A stretch of DNA of 25,592 nt from a virus (Duplodnaviria; Heunggongvirae; Uroviricota; Caudoviricetes). The position numbers and the translations under genes were made by a program. Under the pieces are notes generated by a model. The model ran no database searches and had not been told where the DNA came from. It was given only the letters and a program-made list of their open reading frames with translations. The DNA is taken from the IMG/VR virus record IMGVR_UViG_2547132281_000002, positions 1-25,592 of that record. The stretch is one strand, 5' to 3'. This document shows positions 10,042-17,645 of the stretch, piece after piece (within the stretch, counting starts at the first letter, position 1; the number at the start of each line of letters is the position of its first letter).

Positions 10042-10502
10042 GCTTTAGCCCTTCTTAGTAAATAGTGTGTAGGGCGACTGAAGGACCGAGTTTATGCTTT
10101 TTCGCATTGCTTTCAGTTAGTACACCGGTATCGCACCGGAAACAATCCTACGGCAAATTGGTTGTCTGACCTCTCGGTTTTTCGTGCATTAACCGATACC
10201 CACTACAGTCTCGGCGAAAGCTGCACACCCCCAGGGTGTACTGGTAGCACTCGGCACAGCCTAGCACGCCACTTTCTTCTCACTATCCAGTCTAATTTTA
10301 TCCCCTAGTCAGACACTCAGATGTAGTGCTCCGCAGCGGCATGCGGGGGAATACAAAAACTCGGACAAAATTGGGCCCTCCTTTTTGAATCACTCGCGGG
10401 GATGTAGTTATTAATACATGGAAAAAGATCTGTTTTCAAATCCAACATTATATGGTTTCAATACCACGGGGTGGCTATGTGTTTCTCATTGTTAATTGGA
10501 AT
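10042..10502 (-). other. ORF-free 460-bp segment between two same-strand genes; candidate long structured 5' leader or ncRNA
   Basis: No ORF of 60 codons or more in this interval in the supplied track, and only short ORFs found by manual reading. GC content is higher than in the flanking AT-rich genes. Several local hairpins (cacccUGGgggtg; ccggtGCGATaccgg; ucgguu...aaccga) and a sigma70-like promoter on the minus strand. Confidence 0.35.
10411..10439 (-). promoter_or_regulatory. Sigma70-like promoter (TTGAAA-N17-TATTAA) on the minus strand inside the ORF-free segment
   Basis: -35 TTGAAA at 10439-10434, 17-nt spacer, -10 TATTAA at 10416-10411. Predicted start near 10404, about 360 nt upstream of the 118-aa ORF. 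Confidence 0.3.
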
Positions 10503-10826
10503 CTACTGTAATCGATCCGAACGTAAATGCGGCAAAACTCGACTCCACTTATCATCCTGCCACGGCCGGAATTTTACATGTGCCGTTTCTCTGGCAAGGA
10601 TTGCCTGTGCCTTATTGAGTATCTGGGGATATTCTTGCTCGATAGAAGTGAAGCGACCAGCTTCACGATGCTCCGCAACCTGAAGAAGAGGAGTAACGTT
10701 CTGGTAGGTAATTAACATCACATTCCCTGCTCGCCATAACCAGGCGAGTGTGCAAAGTTCGTTATCAGTGAATTGTTTTGTGATTGGGTATTGTTGAACT
10801 GCTAGAACGAGAACGCCAGCATCCAT
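10503..10826 (-). CDS. Uncharacterised 107-aa protein
   Basis: MDAGVLVLAVQQYPITKQFTDNELCTLAWLWRAGNVMLITYQNVTPLLQVAEHREAGRFTSIEQEY.... No family recognised and the RBS is weak. Occupies the slot that holds ybcL/ybcM in DLP12. Confidence 0.45.
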   Translation of the reverse strand: MDAGVLVLAVQQYPITKQFTDNELCTLAWLWRAGNVMLITYQNVTPLLQVAEHREAGRFTSIEQEYPQILNKAQAILARETAHVKFRPWQDDKWSRVLPHLRSDRLQ

Positions 10827-10937
10827 TGGCAGTCTCTATAGTAAAACCATAGCTCAGGACGCTTCGTTCAGGATAGATAATTTTATTGTACTTACCTAAC
10901 TTTCTTACTATAGCACGGTTGAAAAAGTGATTATTAC

Positions 10938-12464
10938 TCAAAAATAAACCTCACCATCAACCATATATTTGAGAGTACTTATCGCCTGCTGGGCGGATAT
11001 TGTTTTCATTAAAGGATAGTGTTTAAAAACAATGCCATTCATAAAATAGATATCACAGGTTTTATTATCTGTATTGATTATGATTTTTTCGAATGTTTTA
11101 TAGGCAAGTGTACGACATAGCTCTCGCCCATTTTTACTGTTTAAGTCAATAGCATGAAAATCACCAAGTGAACTCACCGCTTTACTCTTCAAAGTTTTTA
11201 ATGATACAGAAGCCCTTCGTAATTCCTTATCTAATACTCTGATTTTTTCTGCTATAGCGGTAACTTCAGGCGCAACAGATAATGCAGCAATTAAATTATT
11301 AATTTTCATCTGGAGCTCAATAATTTTCAACTCTAAAGTTTCATTAGCATCTTTCTTGTTTTCAACTGGTTGGATTTTACTACAATTAAAAAGCAACTCA
11401 TTAATGATATTATAATCAACCAAATCTCTCTTTATTGATGGCCTGTCACATCGATGCAGTCTTCTCATCGGACAAACATAATAGCCATGCAAACTTCCAG
11501 ATACCGCATGAACAATCATGGTATTACCACAAGCCTCGCACTTCATAACTGTTCGAAGTAGATTTATCAACATAGGATTTTTGCTACTATTGCTAATACC
11601 AAAAGGTGCCAACCGAATTTCCTGTACAGCGTAAAACAAATCATCTGATATGACTCTGGGATAATAGCCAGCGATTTCACTTATTCCTTTACCTCTTGCA
11701 CGATATGAAGGTACGCATATACCTATCAGAGCTTTATTCGCTAATAATTTTTCAATTACAGAAGGTCCCCATGCACTTTCTTTTCCTGAGAAATTCTTTA
11801 CAGCATGATCATTTAAATACTTGGCTATTGCATTCAATGAGCGCCTTTCCATCCTGAGTTTAAAAATTAGCTCAATAGTTTTCACCCTGTCGGGGTCTGG
11901 AACAAAAGCCGTTCTTTTGTCATCTAAGGAGAGCCATCTCGGACAAGACGCCGTCATAATCGTACCTGATTCCAGTGCATCCTGCCGTTTTTTCTTCCAT
12001 GATAATTTAACCCGACTTGACTTTATCTCGCTTTCTTCATTTGCCCTTTGTGCTATAAGTATGGCTTTTATTAATGAATATGGCTCATTCAAAGAGTCAA
12101 TATTATAGACTGTATTGTCGCAAAGAGTTATAACATCAATACCGTGATTCAAAATCAATTTCAGACGTTCAATCGCTTCACCGACTTTTTCTCTTGAAAG
12201 TCTGTCCAGACTTTCAACTAACAATGTAGTTCCTGGCAATATATAACCATGCTCTATAGCATCTAAAAATTCCGAAAAAGCTCCTGATTGTGCATGCTTT
12301 CCTTTGAATGCACTTAATCCTAAATCTTCATATGTTATGGTATCAAGATAATAATCACTATTTACCTTTAACCATTCAGCAATAAGTCTTCTCTGTCGGT
12401 TTAATGAGTCGCCAGACATCTGACCTGGTGATGAAAATCGCATATATGCTATGGCTTTTTTCAT
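10938..12464 (-). CDS. ybcK: Large serine recombinase (DLP12 YbcK-like), 508 aa
   Basis: N-terminal resolvase-like MKKAIAYMRFSSPGQMSGDSLNRQRRLIAEW... with catalytic Ser in the YxRxSS context. Central recombinase region, a Cys-rich zinc-ribbon-like stretch (CEACGN...CPMRRLHRC) and a coiled-coil tail. Strongly AT-rich. Confidence 0.85.
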   Translation of the reverse strand: MKKAIAYMRFSSPGQMSGDSLNRQRRLIAEWLKVNSDYYLDTITYEDLGLSAFKGKHAQSGAFSEFLDAIEHGYILPGTTLLVESLDRLSREKVGEAIERLKLILNHGIDVITLCDNTVYNIDSLNEPYSLIKAILIAQRANEESEIKSSRVKLSWKKKRQDALESGTIMTASCPRWLSLDDKRTAFVPDPDRVKTIELIFKLRMERRSLNAIAKYLNDHAVKNFSGKESAWGPSVIEKLLANKALIGICVPSYRARGKGISEIAGYYPRVISDDLFYAVQEIRLAPFGISNSSKNPMLINLLRTVMKCEACGNTMIVHAVSGSLHGYYVCPMRRLHRCDRPSIKRDLVDYNIINELLFNCSKIQPVENKKDANETLELKIIELQMKINNLIAALSVAPEVTAIAEKIRVLDKELRRASVSLKTLKSKAVSSLGDFHAIDLNSKNGRELCRTLAYKTFEKIIINTDNKTCDIYFMNGIVFKHYPLMKTISAQQAISTLKYMVDGEVYF

Positions 12465-12647
12465 GGTGACACCTGCTAACGTATGCTTTTATAAACCTTA
12501 GTGGTGGGATATAATTTTTGTTTAATTTTTATTTAAAAAGACAATTAAGGTCACATTATCTTGAATATACAACAATAATCGTATTGCAATTTTCTTACGC
12601 CATAATCTTGAAAGCACAAAAGAATACATAAAAAAATAAAGACATTA

Positions 12648-12689
12648 ACAAAAAGCATAAAACGAGGCTCATATAAATATAAGAGCCTC
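12648..12689 (-). terminator. Rho-independent terminator downstream of emrE
   Basis: On the minus strand, stem gaggctc/gagcctc with a 12-nt AT loop followed by GUUUUAUGCUUUU. Confidence 0.5.
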
Positions 12690-12720
12690 CATATTTTAGT
12701 CGTTTAGAAACAAATTATTT

Positions 12721-13053
12721 TTAATGTGGTGTGCTTCGTGACAATAAATTAATAACCAACACACCGGCACAAATCAACATCATGCCTATAATGGCTGGCA
12801 GGTCCAGCCGTTGGCCGAAAAGTCCCCATGACAGTAAGCTAATCAGGACAATACCGACTCCTGACCAGATAGCATAAGCAATCCCTGTAGGAATATAAGC
12901 CAGCGTCTGAGCTAATAACCAGAATGATGCACAATAACAAATAATTGTACCAACAGATGGCCATAACCGTGTAAAACCTTCTGAAAACTTCATTAAGGTT
13001 GTACCAATGACCTCTGCAAGTATTGCACCACCAAGATAAATATAAGGGTTCAT
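12721..13053 (-). CDS. emrE: Small multidrug resistance (SMR) efflux transporter EmrE, 110 aa
   Basis: MNPYIYLGGAILAEVIGTTLMKFSEGFTRLWPSVGTIICYCASFWLLAQTLAYIPTGIAYAIWSGVGIVLISLLSWG... matches EmrE from memory, including the conserved membrane Glu in the first helix. Confidence 0.9.
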   Translation of the reverse strand: MNPYIYLGGAILAEVIGTTLMKFSEGFTRLWPSVGTIICYCASFWLLAQTLAYIPTGIAYAIWSGVGIVLISLLSWGLFGQRLDLPAIIGMMLICAGVLVINLLSRSTPH

Positions 13054-13120
13054 AGAATATTCTTTCCTGTTCAAACTGGAGAGAATTGTACTACAGTTTG
13101 AACTCAACTCACCTGTTTCA

Positions 13121-13423
13121 TCATTGTGTACCCATTGATGTTCTTTTATATACCCTCAATACCCGTTTCATCGCGGCACTCTGGCGACACTCCTTAAAAA
13201 TCAGATTCGTGCTCACCTTTCCTTCCCGTTCTTCTCTGGTAGCAAACCGGTAATACACCGTTCGCCAGACCTTACCTTCGATAGCCAGAAGACCTGCCCG
13301 TGCCATTTTAGCCGCAGCCTGATTTATGCTGGTTACCGTTGCGCCTGTTACCGCGGCAACGTCCTGCGCACAGAATTTCTTATGAGTCCCCAGGTAATGA
13401 ATAATTGCCTCTTTGCCCGTCAT
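13121..13423 (-). CDS. ren: Ren (lambda Rex-exclusion escape protein), 100 aa
   Basis: MTGKEAIIHYLGTHKKFCAQDVAAVTGATVTSINQAAAKMARAGLLAIEGKVWRTVYYRFATREEREGK... matches lambda Ren. Overlaps the P stop (ATGA). Confidence 0.85.
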   Translation of the reverse strand: MTGKEAIIHYLGTHKKFCAQDVAAVTGATVTSINQAAAKMARAGLLAIEGKVWRTVYYRFATREEREGKVSTNLIFKECRQSAAMKRVLRVYKRTSMGTQ

Positions 13424-14121
13424 ACCCTTGCTCCTTTCAGCCCAAACTTAGCTTTGATTTCTGCGATCTTCGCCAGAGCCTGTGCACGATTTAGAGGTCT
13501 ACCGCCCATGACAGGAAGTTGTTTTACTGGTTCAGGTATAGCCTCACCACGGTTAATTCGTGCGGTCATACAGGACAGTTCATCGGCAGCCTTGCGCCGT
13601 AATTCCGCGTCAGTCAACGCATTGGCCCGCATGTTCTGATACAGGTTGGTAACCAGCCAGTAGTGCGCGTTTGATTTCCACGGATAAGACTCTGCATCCG
13701 GATACAGCCCGCGCTTCCGGCAATACTCGTAAACCATATCAACCAGCTCGCTGGCGTTTGGCAGCCCGGCGGTAACAGATGCTTCTTCCCGGCACCAGGC
13801 GACAAACTGCCCGGGTGATGGCAGGAATGGTCGATTCTGCCGACGGGCTACGCGCATTCCAGCGTTAACCTGTTCCATTGTGGTGATCCCGTTTTCCCGA
13901 AAAGCCAGCACCCACTGGCGGCGGATTTCGTTCAGTTCATTCTGGTCACGGTTAGCCAGGCTCGCCGGGAAAGTTGCCAGTAACTGGCTGAACACACCGT
14001 TGATGATCTGCGCTACCTGCTGTACCTGCGGCTTTTCGTCGTACTGTTCCGGCATGTTGTTGGCGATCCGACGCATCTGCTCACGGTCAAAGTTAACCAT
14101 CTGTGCGGCGATGTTTTTCAT
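13420..14121 (-). CDS. P: Replication protein P (DnaB helicase loader), 233 aa
   Basis: MKNIAAQMVNFDREQMRRIANNMPEQYDEKPQVQQVAQIINGVFSQLLATFPASLANRDQNELNEIRRQW... is near-identical to lambda P as recalled. Confidence 0.95.
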   Translation of the reverse strand: MKNIAAQMVNFDREQMRRIANNMPEQYDEKPQVQQVAQIINGVFSQLLATFPASLANRDQNELNEIRRQWVLAFRENGITTMEQVNAGMRVARRQNRPFLPSPGQFVAWCREEASVTAGLPNASELVDMVYEYCRKRGLYPDAESYPWKSNAHYWLVTNLYQNMRANALTDAELRRKAADELSCMTARINRGEAIPEPVKQLPVMGGRPLNRAQALAKIAEIKAKFGLKGARV

Positions 14122-15047
14122 AAATCCACCCCGTAAATCCAGTCAGTGTTTGTCAGGTCGAGTTTTGGTTTGCTGGCTATCATGCCTGCCTGTTGCTTGT
14201 TACGGTTGATTTCGAGTTGGGTCCACTTGTCGCGGAGTTTGGCCGGACTTAGCACGTTACCGGACCAGAAGTTGTCCTGGCATGCCCAGCGGAAAAGCAC
14301 GCACATGTCGCGGTGGTTACGTCCGTCACGTTCACGCATCAGGCGGATATCGTTAGCCCACCCTGCAAAATTCGGTTTTCTGGCTGATGGTGCGATGGTC
14401 TTCACCATGTCAAACATCCACTCTGCGGCGGTCAGGTCTTCTGCTGTCCCCCACTTGCTGCCGCTCTGAATTGCAGCATCTGGTTTCACCACAGGAAGAT
14501 CGTTTTCTGGTTGGTCAGAGGATTCGCCAGAATTCTCGGACGAAAAAGGTTTTATATTGTCTTTTGTTAGTTTGTCTTTTGTGTTTACCTGATTCGGGTA
14601 AACGCCTTTACCTGATTTGGGTAAACTTTTCTTACCTGATTCAGGTAAATTTACCTCTTTCAGGTAAACTTTATTTTTCTTACCTGATTCGGGTAATGTT
14701 GACCATTCACTGACCACATTATTAATACCGATATTCCGCCCGCTCTGAATCAAAATCCCACGCTTTACCAGAACACTTTTTGCAGCAGAACACTTGTGCG
14801 GTAATATCCCGGTCAATCCGGACAGTTGCTCGTTGCTCACCCAATCCAGTTTTTTATTAAAGCCATATGTTTTGCGCATGACAGCCAGGAAGACCAGAAG
14901 CTGGTGCTGTGTTAATCCGGCCAGCATCACAGCTTCCAGCAACTCATTTGCAATGCGCGTATAACCATCATCGAGATCTGCCACGCGCGGCTCCTTTTGT
15001 GCCGCATCCGGCACTGGAAAATTGAATATCTCAGCAGTGTTTGCCAT
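14118..15047 (-). CDS. O: Replication initiator O-like protein (non-lambda specificity), 309 aa from the RBS-preceded ATG
   Basis: MANTAEIFNFPVPDAAQKEPRVADLDDGYTRIANELLEAV... shares the lambda O N-terminal motif VADLDDGY. Repeated LPESGKK peptides are encoded by the iterons. GGGAGG lies 5 nt before the ATG at 15047. Overlaps the P start (ATGA). Confidence 0.8.
   Translation of the reverse strand: MANTAEIFNFPVPDAAQKEPRVADLDDGYTRIANELLEAVMLAGLTQHQLLVFLAVMRKTYGFNKKLDWVSNEQLSGLTGILPHKCSAAKSVLVKRGILIQSGRNIGINNVVSEWSTLPESGKKNKVYLKEVNLPESGKKSLPKSGKGVYPNQVNTKDKLTKDNIKPFSSENSGESSDQPENDLPVVKPDAAIQSGSKWGTAEDLTAAEWMFDMVKTIAPSARKPNFAGWANDIRLMRERDGRNHRDMCVLFRWACQDNFWSGNVLSPAKLRDKWTQLEINRNKQQAGMIASKPKLDLTNTDWIYGVDL
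14584..14698. repeat. ori: Replication origin: five about 19-bp iterons (consensus TTACCTGATTCGGGTAA) inside the O gene, flanked by an AT-rich tract
   Basis: tttacctgattcgggtaaac, tttacctgatttgggtaaac, cttacctgattcaggtaaat, ttacctctttcaggtaaac and cttacctgattcgggtaatg, each an internal inverted repeat. AT-rich tract at 14540-14583. Confidence 0.75.
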
Positions 15048-15133
15048 AATTCCTCCCGCAATGAGTGTGTTACGATTTGCACCTGAAAGTCGGTTCTGTT
15101 CCAGCAGACCGGCTTTCGCCATTTCTGAACCTG

Positions 15134-15673
15134 TCATATCGCCCCCAGCATGGTAGTAACCATCGCCATCAATGGACCAGCCAGATCTGGGTCCACACGA
15201 AACATCGATACAATACCTTCACTAATTTCCTTCAGTTTCTGGTGGCGTGGTGCGTTGAGAATGACAGCCTGTTTTGCCTCACTGAGTTCCTTTTCCATTT
15301 CAGCCAACCTGGCCATGAAGCTATCCTGCTCAACCAGGTAACCGCGATATTCCAGCGGTAGTACCGCCAGAATTGCCGGGGTCAGTTCACGCACGTTATT
15401 TCGGTATTTTTCAGAATCGAATTTGTTATCGAGGAAGCGGAACAGCTTCTGGCGTGCACGGCTGACATCATCAGGGAAATCGATGGTGCCGCCGCCCTGC
15501 TCCCGATACTCATTCACAATGAGTGTGGCAACGACATCCTGATTATCTACAGCCGACCAGGCGCGGACGGCATCACGGATTTTTTCGTGGCCTGGCACCT
15601 GTTTTGTTTGAGAACGATTTATCACCGCAGTCGGGCTAAATCCGCTAGTCTGTTGGTATGGAAGTGGTTGCAT
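15134..15673 (-). CDS. ydaT: YdaT-like protein (Rac-type ydaS/ydaT module) at the cII position, 179 aa
   Basis: ...VNEYREQGGGTIDFPDD...VRELTPAILAVLPLEYRG... resembles Rac YdaT as I recall it (EEYLRQGGGE...IPAILAILPRELR). RBS AAGGAG upstream. Confidence 0.55.
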   Translation of the reverse strand: MQPLPYQQTSGFSPTAVINRSQTKQVPGHEKIRDAVRAWSAVDNQDVVATLIVNEYREQGGGTIDFPDDVSRARQKLFRFLDNKFDSEKYRNNVRELTPAILAVLPLEYRGYLVEQDSFMARLAEMEKELSEAKQAVILNAPRHQKLKEISEGIVSMFRVDPDLAGPLMAMVTTMLGAI

Positions 15674-15721
15674 AATTGACTCCTTTAGTTTGAATTGACT
15701 GTTAAGTTGATTGCTTATTGT

Positions 15722-15730
15722 TAAAGAGCG
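15722..15730 (-). promoter_or_regulatory. boxA-like element (CGCTCTTTA) about 15 nt downstream of the cro-like stop, the nutR position
   Basis: The minus strand reads ...CACGCTCTTTAACAATAAG..., an exact match to the boxA consensus CGCTCTTTA. No boxB-like hairpin follows. Confidence 0.35.
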
Positions 15731-15742
15731 TGAAATGGAAAT

Positions 15743-15973
15743 TTAAGCTGCGTTCTTTTCGGTGTGTGGAAACAACTTCGGAAGATCCGGGCGAATCTGG
15801 TATGCCTTCACTACTCCACCAGTAGCCGTAACAATGCTGCCGACATGTTCAGGGGATACCTTTGCTTTGTTGTGAAGCCACTTATAGACGGCCTGCTGTG
15901 AAACTTCGCAAGCAGCGCCCAGTTTCTTTTGTGAACCAACGATATTGATCGCTGTTTTGATAGCTGGGTTCAT
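15743..15973 (-). CDS. cro: Cro-like HTH regulator (YdaS/Cro family), 76 aa
   Basis: MNPAIKTAINIVGSQKKLGAACEVSQQAVYKWLHNKAKVSPEHV... has a helix-turn-helix and is divergent from the repressor. GGAGG lies 7 nt before the ATG. Confidence 0.7.
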   Translation of the reverse strand: MNPAIKTAINIVGSQKKLGAACEVSQQAVYKWLHNKAKVSPEHVGSIVTATGGVVKAYQIRPDLPKLFPHTEKNAA

Positions 15974-16077
15974 AACAACCTCCGTGGTTAATTTGAATCA
16001 AGATTAAAACTATGGTTGTTTTTAGTCAACAACCATTTTCGTTTGATGGAATAAAACCTTGGTTGTACATTTGGACT
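15974..16077. promoter_or_regulatory. Divergent operator/promoter region (oR, pR, pRM analogue) between cro-like and cI
   Basis: A 104-bp interval with repeated ACAACC/GGTTGT half-sites, for example ATGGTTGT-N9-ACAACCAT at 16011-16035 and AACCTTGGTTGT at 16057-16068. Confidence 0.55.
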
Positions 16078-16767
16078 ATGAAAACAACACTCTCAGAAAG
16101 ACTTAAAGAAGCCAGATTAGCGCGAGGCCTTACACAAAAGGCGCTTGGGGATTTGGTCGGGGTTAGCCAGGCTGCTATTCAGAAAATCGAAACAGGGAAA
16201 GCTAATCAAACAACTAAAATCGTGGAGATCGCGAACGCTTTGGGTGTGCGCGCAGAATGGTTATCTTCTGGCGTTGGAAATATGTCAGACAGTACAGTGC
16301 AACCAATACAATCAACTGTCAGCCATTCCAAATACTTCAAGATTGACGTTCTTGATATAGAAGTCAGTGCTGGGCCGGGAGTCATCAACCGTGAGTTTGT
16401 AGAAGTTCTACGCTCGGTTGAGTACTCGTTTGACGATGCTCGTCACATGTTCGATGGTAGGAAGGCGGAAAATATCCGCATCATTAACGTGCGTGGTGAC
16501 AGCATGTCAGGAACGATCGAACCAGGTGATCTGCTGTTCGTTGATATCACAGTTAAATCTTTCGACGGTGATGGTATCTATGCGTTTCTGTACGACGACA
16601 CAGCCCATGTAAAGCGCCTGCAAATGATGAAGGATAAGCTGCTGGTCATCTCTGATAACAAAAGCTACTCACCGTGGGACCCGATCGAGAAAGACGAGAT
16701 GAACCGGGTGTTCATCTTCGGTAAGGTTATTGGGAGCATGCCGCAGACATATAGGAAGCATGGGTAG
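16078..16767 (+). CDS. cI: CI-type prophage repressor: N-terminal HTH (XRE) plus C-terminal LexA-like S24 autopeptidase, 229 aa from the internal ATG
   Basis: MKTTLSERLKEARLARGLTQKALGDLVGVSQAAIQKIETGK... (HTH), then ...INVRGDSMSGTIEPGDLLFVD...HVKRLQ... (Ser/Lys dyad motifs). The ORF track's upstream start at 16012 overlaps the operators. Confidence 0.85.
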   Translation: MKTTLSERLKEARLARGLTQKALGDLVGVSQAAIQKIETGKANQTTKIVEIANALGVRAEWLSSGVGNMSDSTVQPIQSTVSHSKYFKIDVLDIEVSAGPGVINREFVEVLRSVEYSFDDARHMFDGRKAENIRIINVRGDSMSGTIEPGDLLFVDITVKSFDGDGIYAFLYDDTAHVKRLQMMKDKLLVISDNKSYSPWDPIEKDEMNRVFIFGKVIGSMPQTYRKHG

Positions 16768-16888
16768 TACCAATTAAAAATTATCAACTGGGCATTGTGC
16801 TCATTCAGTAAAGAACTAATTCCTATCTTTGCTCTAGGTAGTAATATTAAGCCACCGCAATAATATCTTTACCTAACGGCGTAAGAAT

Positions 16889-16915
16889 CCCGGTCACCGT
16901 GCCGGGTTTTCTTTT
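16889..16915 (+). terminator. Rho-independent terminator after cI
   Basis: Stem cccgg ... ccggg followed by ttttcttttg. Confidence 0.5.
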
Positions 16916-17039
16916 GCCCTCCCCTCATCACACACACCGTTAAAAAAACCACCATAACCTCGCTTCAGTTATCGCTATGCGATTCAAGTCACAAAATAAA
17001 TCCATCCTAAATACAACCAGTTATATCTAAAACAACCAA

Positions 17040-17100
17040 TAAAACAACTTTTGTTGTTGACGATAAAACAACTATAGTTTTAAATAAGTTCATCGCAACA
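17040..17100 (+). promoter_or_regulatory. Candidate pL/oL: promoter-like hexamers with operator-like ACAAC/GTTGT repeats
   Basis: ...aaaacaaccaataaaacaacttttgttgTTGACGataaaacaactatagttttaaataag... shares half-site motifs with the cI-cro intergenic region. Confidence 0.4.
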
Positions 17101-17362
17101 ACACAACGATACGGCAACTACCTGATTCACCGTTGCGATGACCGCTTAGATCCGCAGTTTGAATTTCAGCAGGCTTCGGGGAGTGCGAGGGGTGAAACGG
17201 ACGCGTGAACGTCGGTGTGACCAGCTGAAATTAACTCAACATTTCATACCTCAGTCGCTTCAACGAGGCGGCTTAGTTATGACAACCGGCGGCCATCCAC
17301 CGCCTGAATATGCGCAGAAGTCTCTATATGTTCAGCAGCCCAGCTTACGGGCAGGAGTTTTT

Positions 17363-17569
17363 ATGGTTCATCAACATTACGGAACACAGACCGTTAATCG
17401 CGGCGCGGTCATGCCAGGAATGCTGGTCAAACACAAAGATGGTACCTGGACTGCATCAGCTAATTTACGCGGACGGCTTTATCTGCATCGCGGCATCGAG
17501 CGCACTTATACCAGTGATTTGCTCGTGGAAGTTTTTCTCGACGGACGCGGTAACGGCCTGAATCACTAA
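17363..17569 (+). CDS. kil: Kil-like host cell-division inhibitor (Rac KilR-like), 68 aa
   Basis: MVHQHYGTQTVNRGAVMPGMLVKHKDGTWTASANLRGRLYLHRGIERTYTSDLLVEVFLDGRGNGLNH. AGGAG lies 6 nt before the ATG. The pattern HxxGT...PG..V.H..G....ASAN...VFL..G matches my recollection of KilR. It is the first gene of the leftward operon, immediately upstream of gam. Confidence 0.5.
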   Translation: MVHQHYGTQTVNRGAVMPGMLVKHKDGTWTASANLRGRLYLHRGIERTYTSDLLVEVFLDGRGNGLNH

Positions 17570-17645
17570 CCCCCCTTTCCTGTTTTCCTAATCAGCCTGG
17601 CATTTCGCGGGCGATATTTTCACAGCCATTTTCAGGAGTTCAGCC

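Noticed and set aside
13382-14713. Plus-strand ORFs overlapping P and O (13382-13639, 13880-14209, 14146-14469, 14387-14713)
   Set aside because: Antisense shadows of the lambda-like replication genes.
16768-17160. rexAB, cII, cIII or N homologues
   Set aside because: No ORF of suitable size or sequence is present between cI and kil or between cro and O. The cII position is occupied by the YdaT-like gene.
17159-17569. 136-codon ORF with TTG start in the supplied track, considered as an N-like antiterminator
   Set aside because: It is the upstream extension of the kil-like frame with no ATG until 17279 and 17363. The Arg-rich stretch is suggestive but there is no boxB-like hairpin nearby and no similarity to N beyond composition. 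Called as Kil-like from the RBS-preceded ATG at 17363, with the extension kept only as a hypothesis.
17580-17645. Long (138-aa) form of Gam
   Set aside because: An in-frame TAA lies about 19 codons upstream of the gam ATG with no intervening start codon, so only the short form is encoded.
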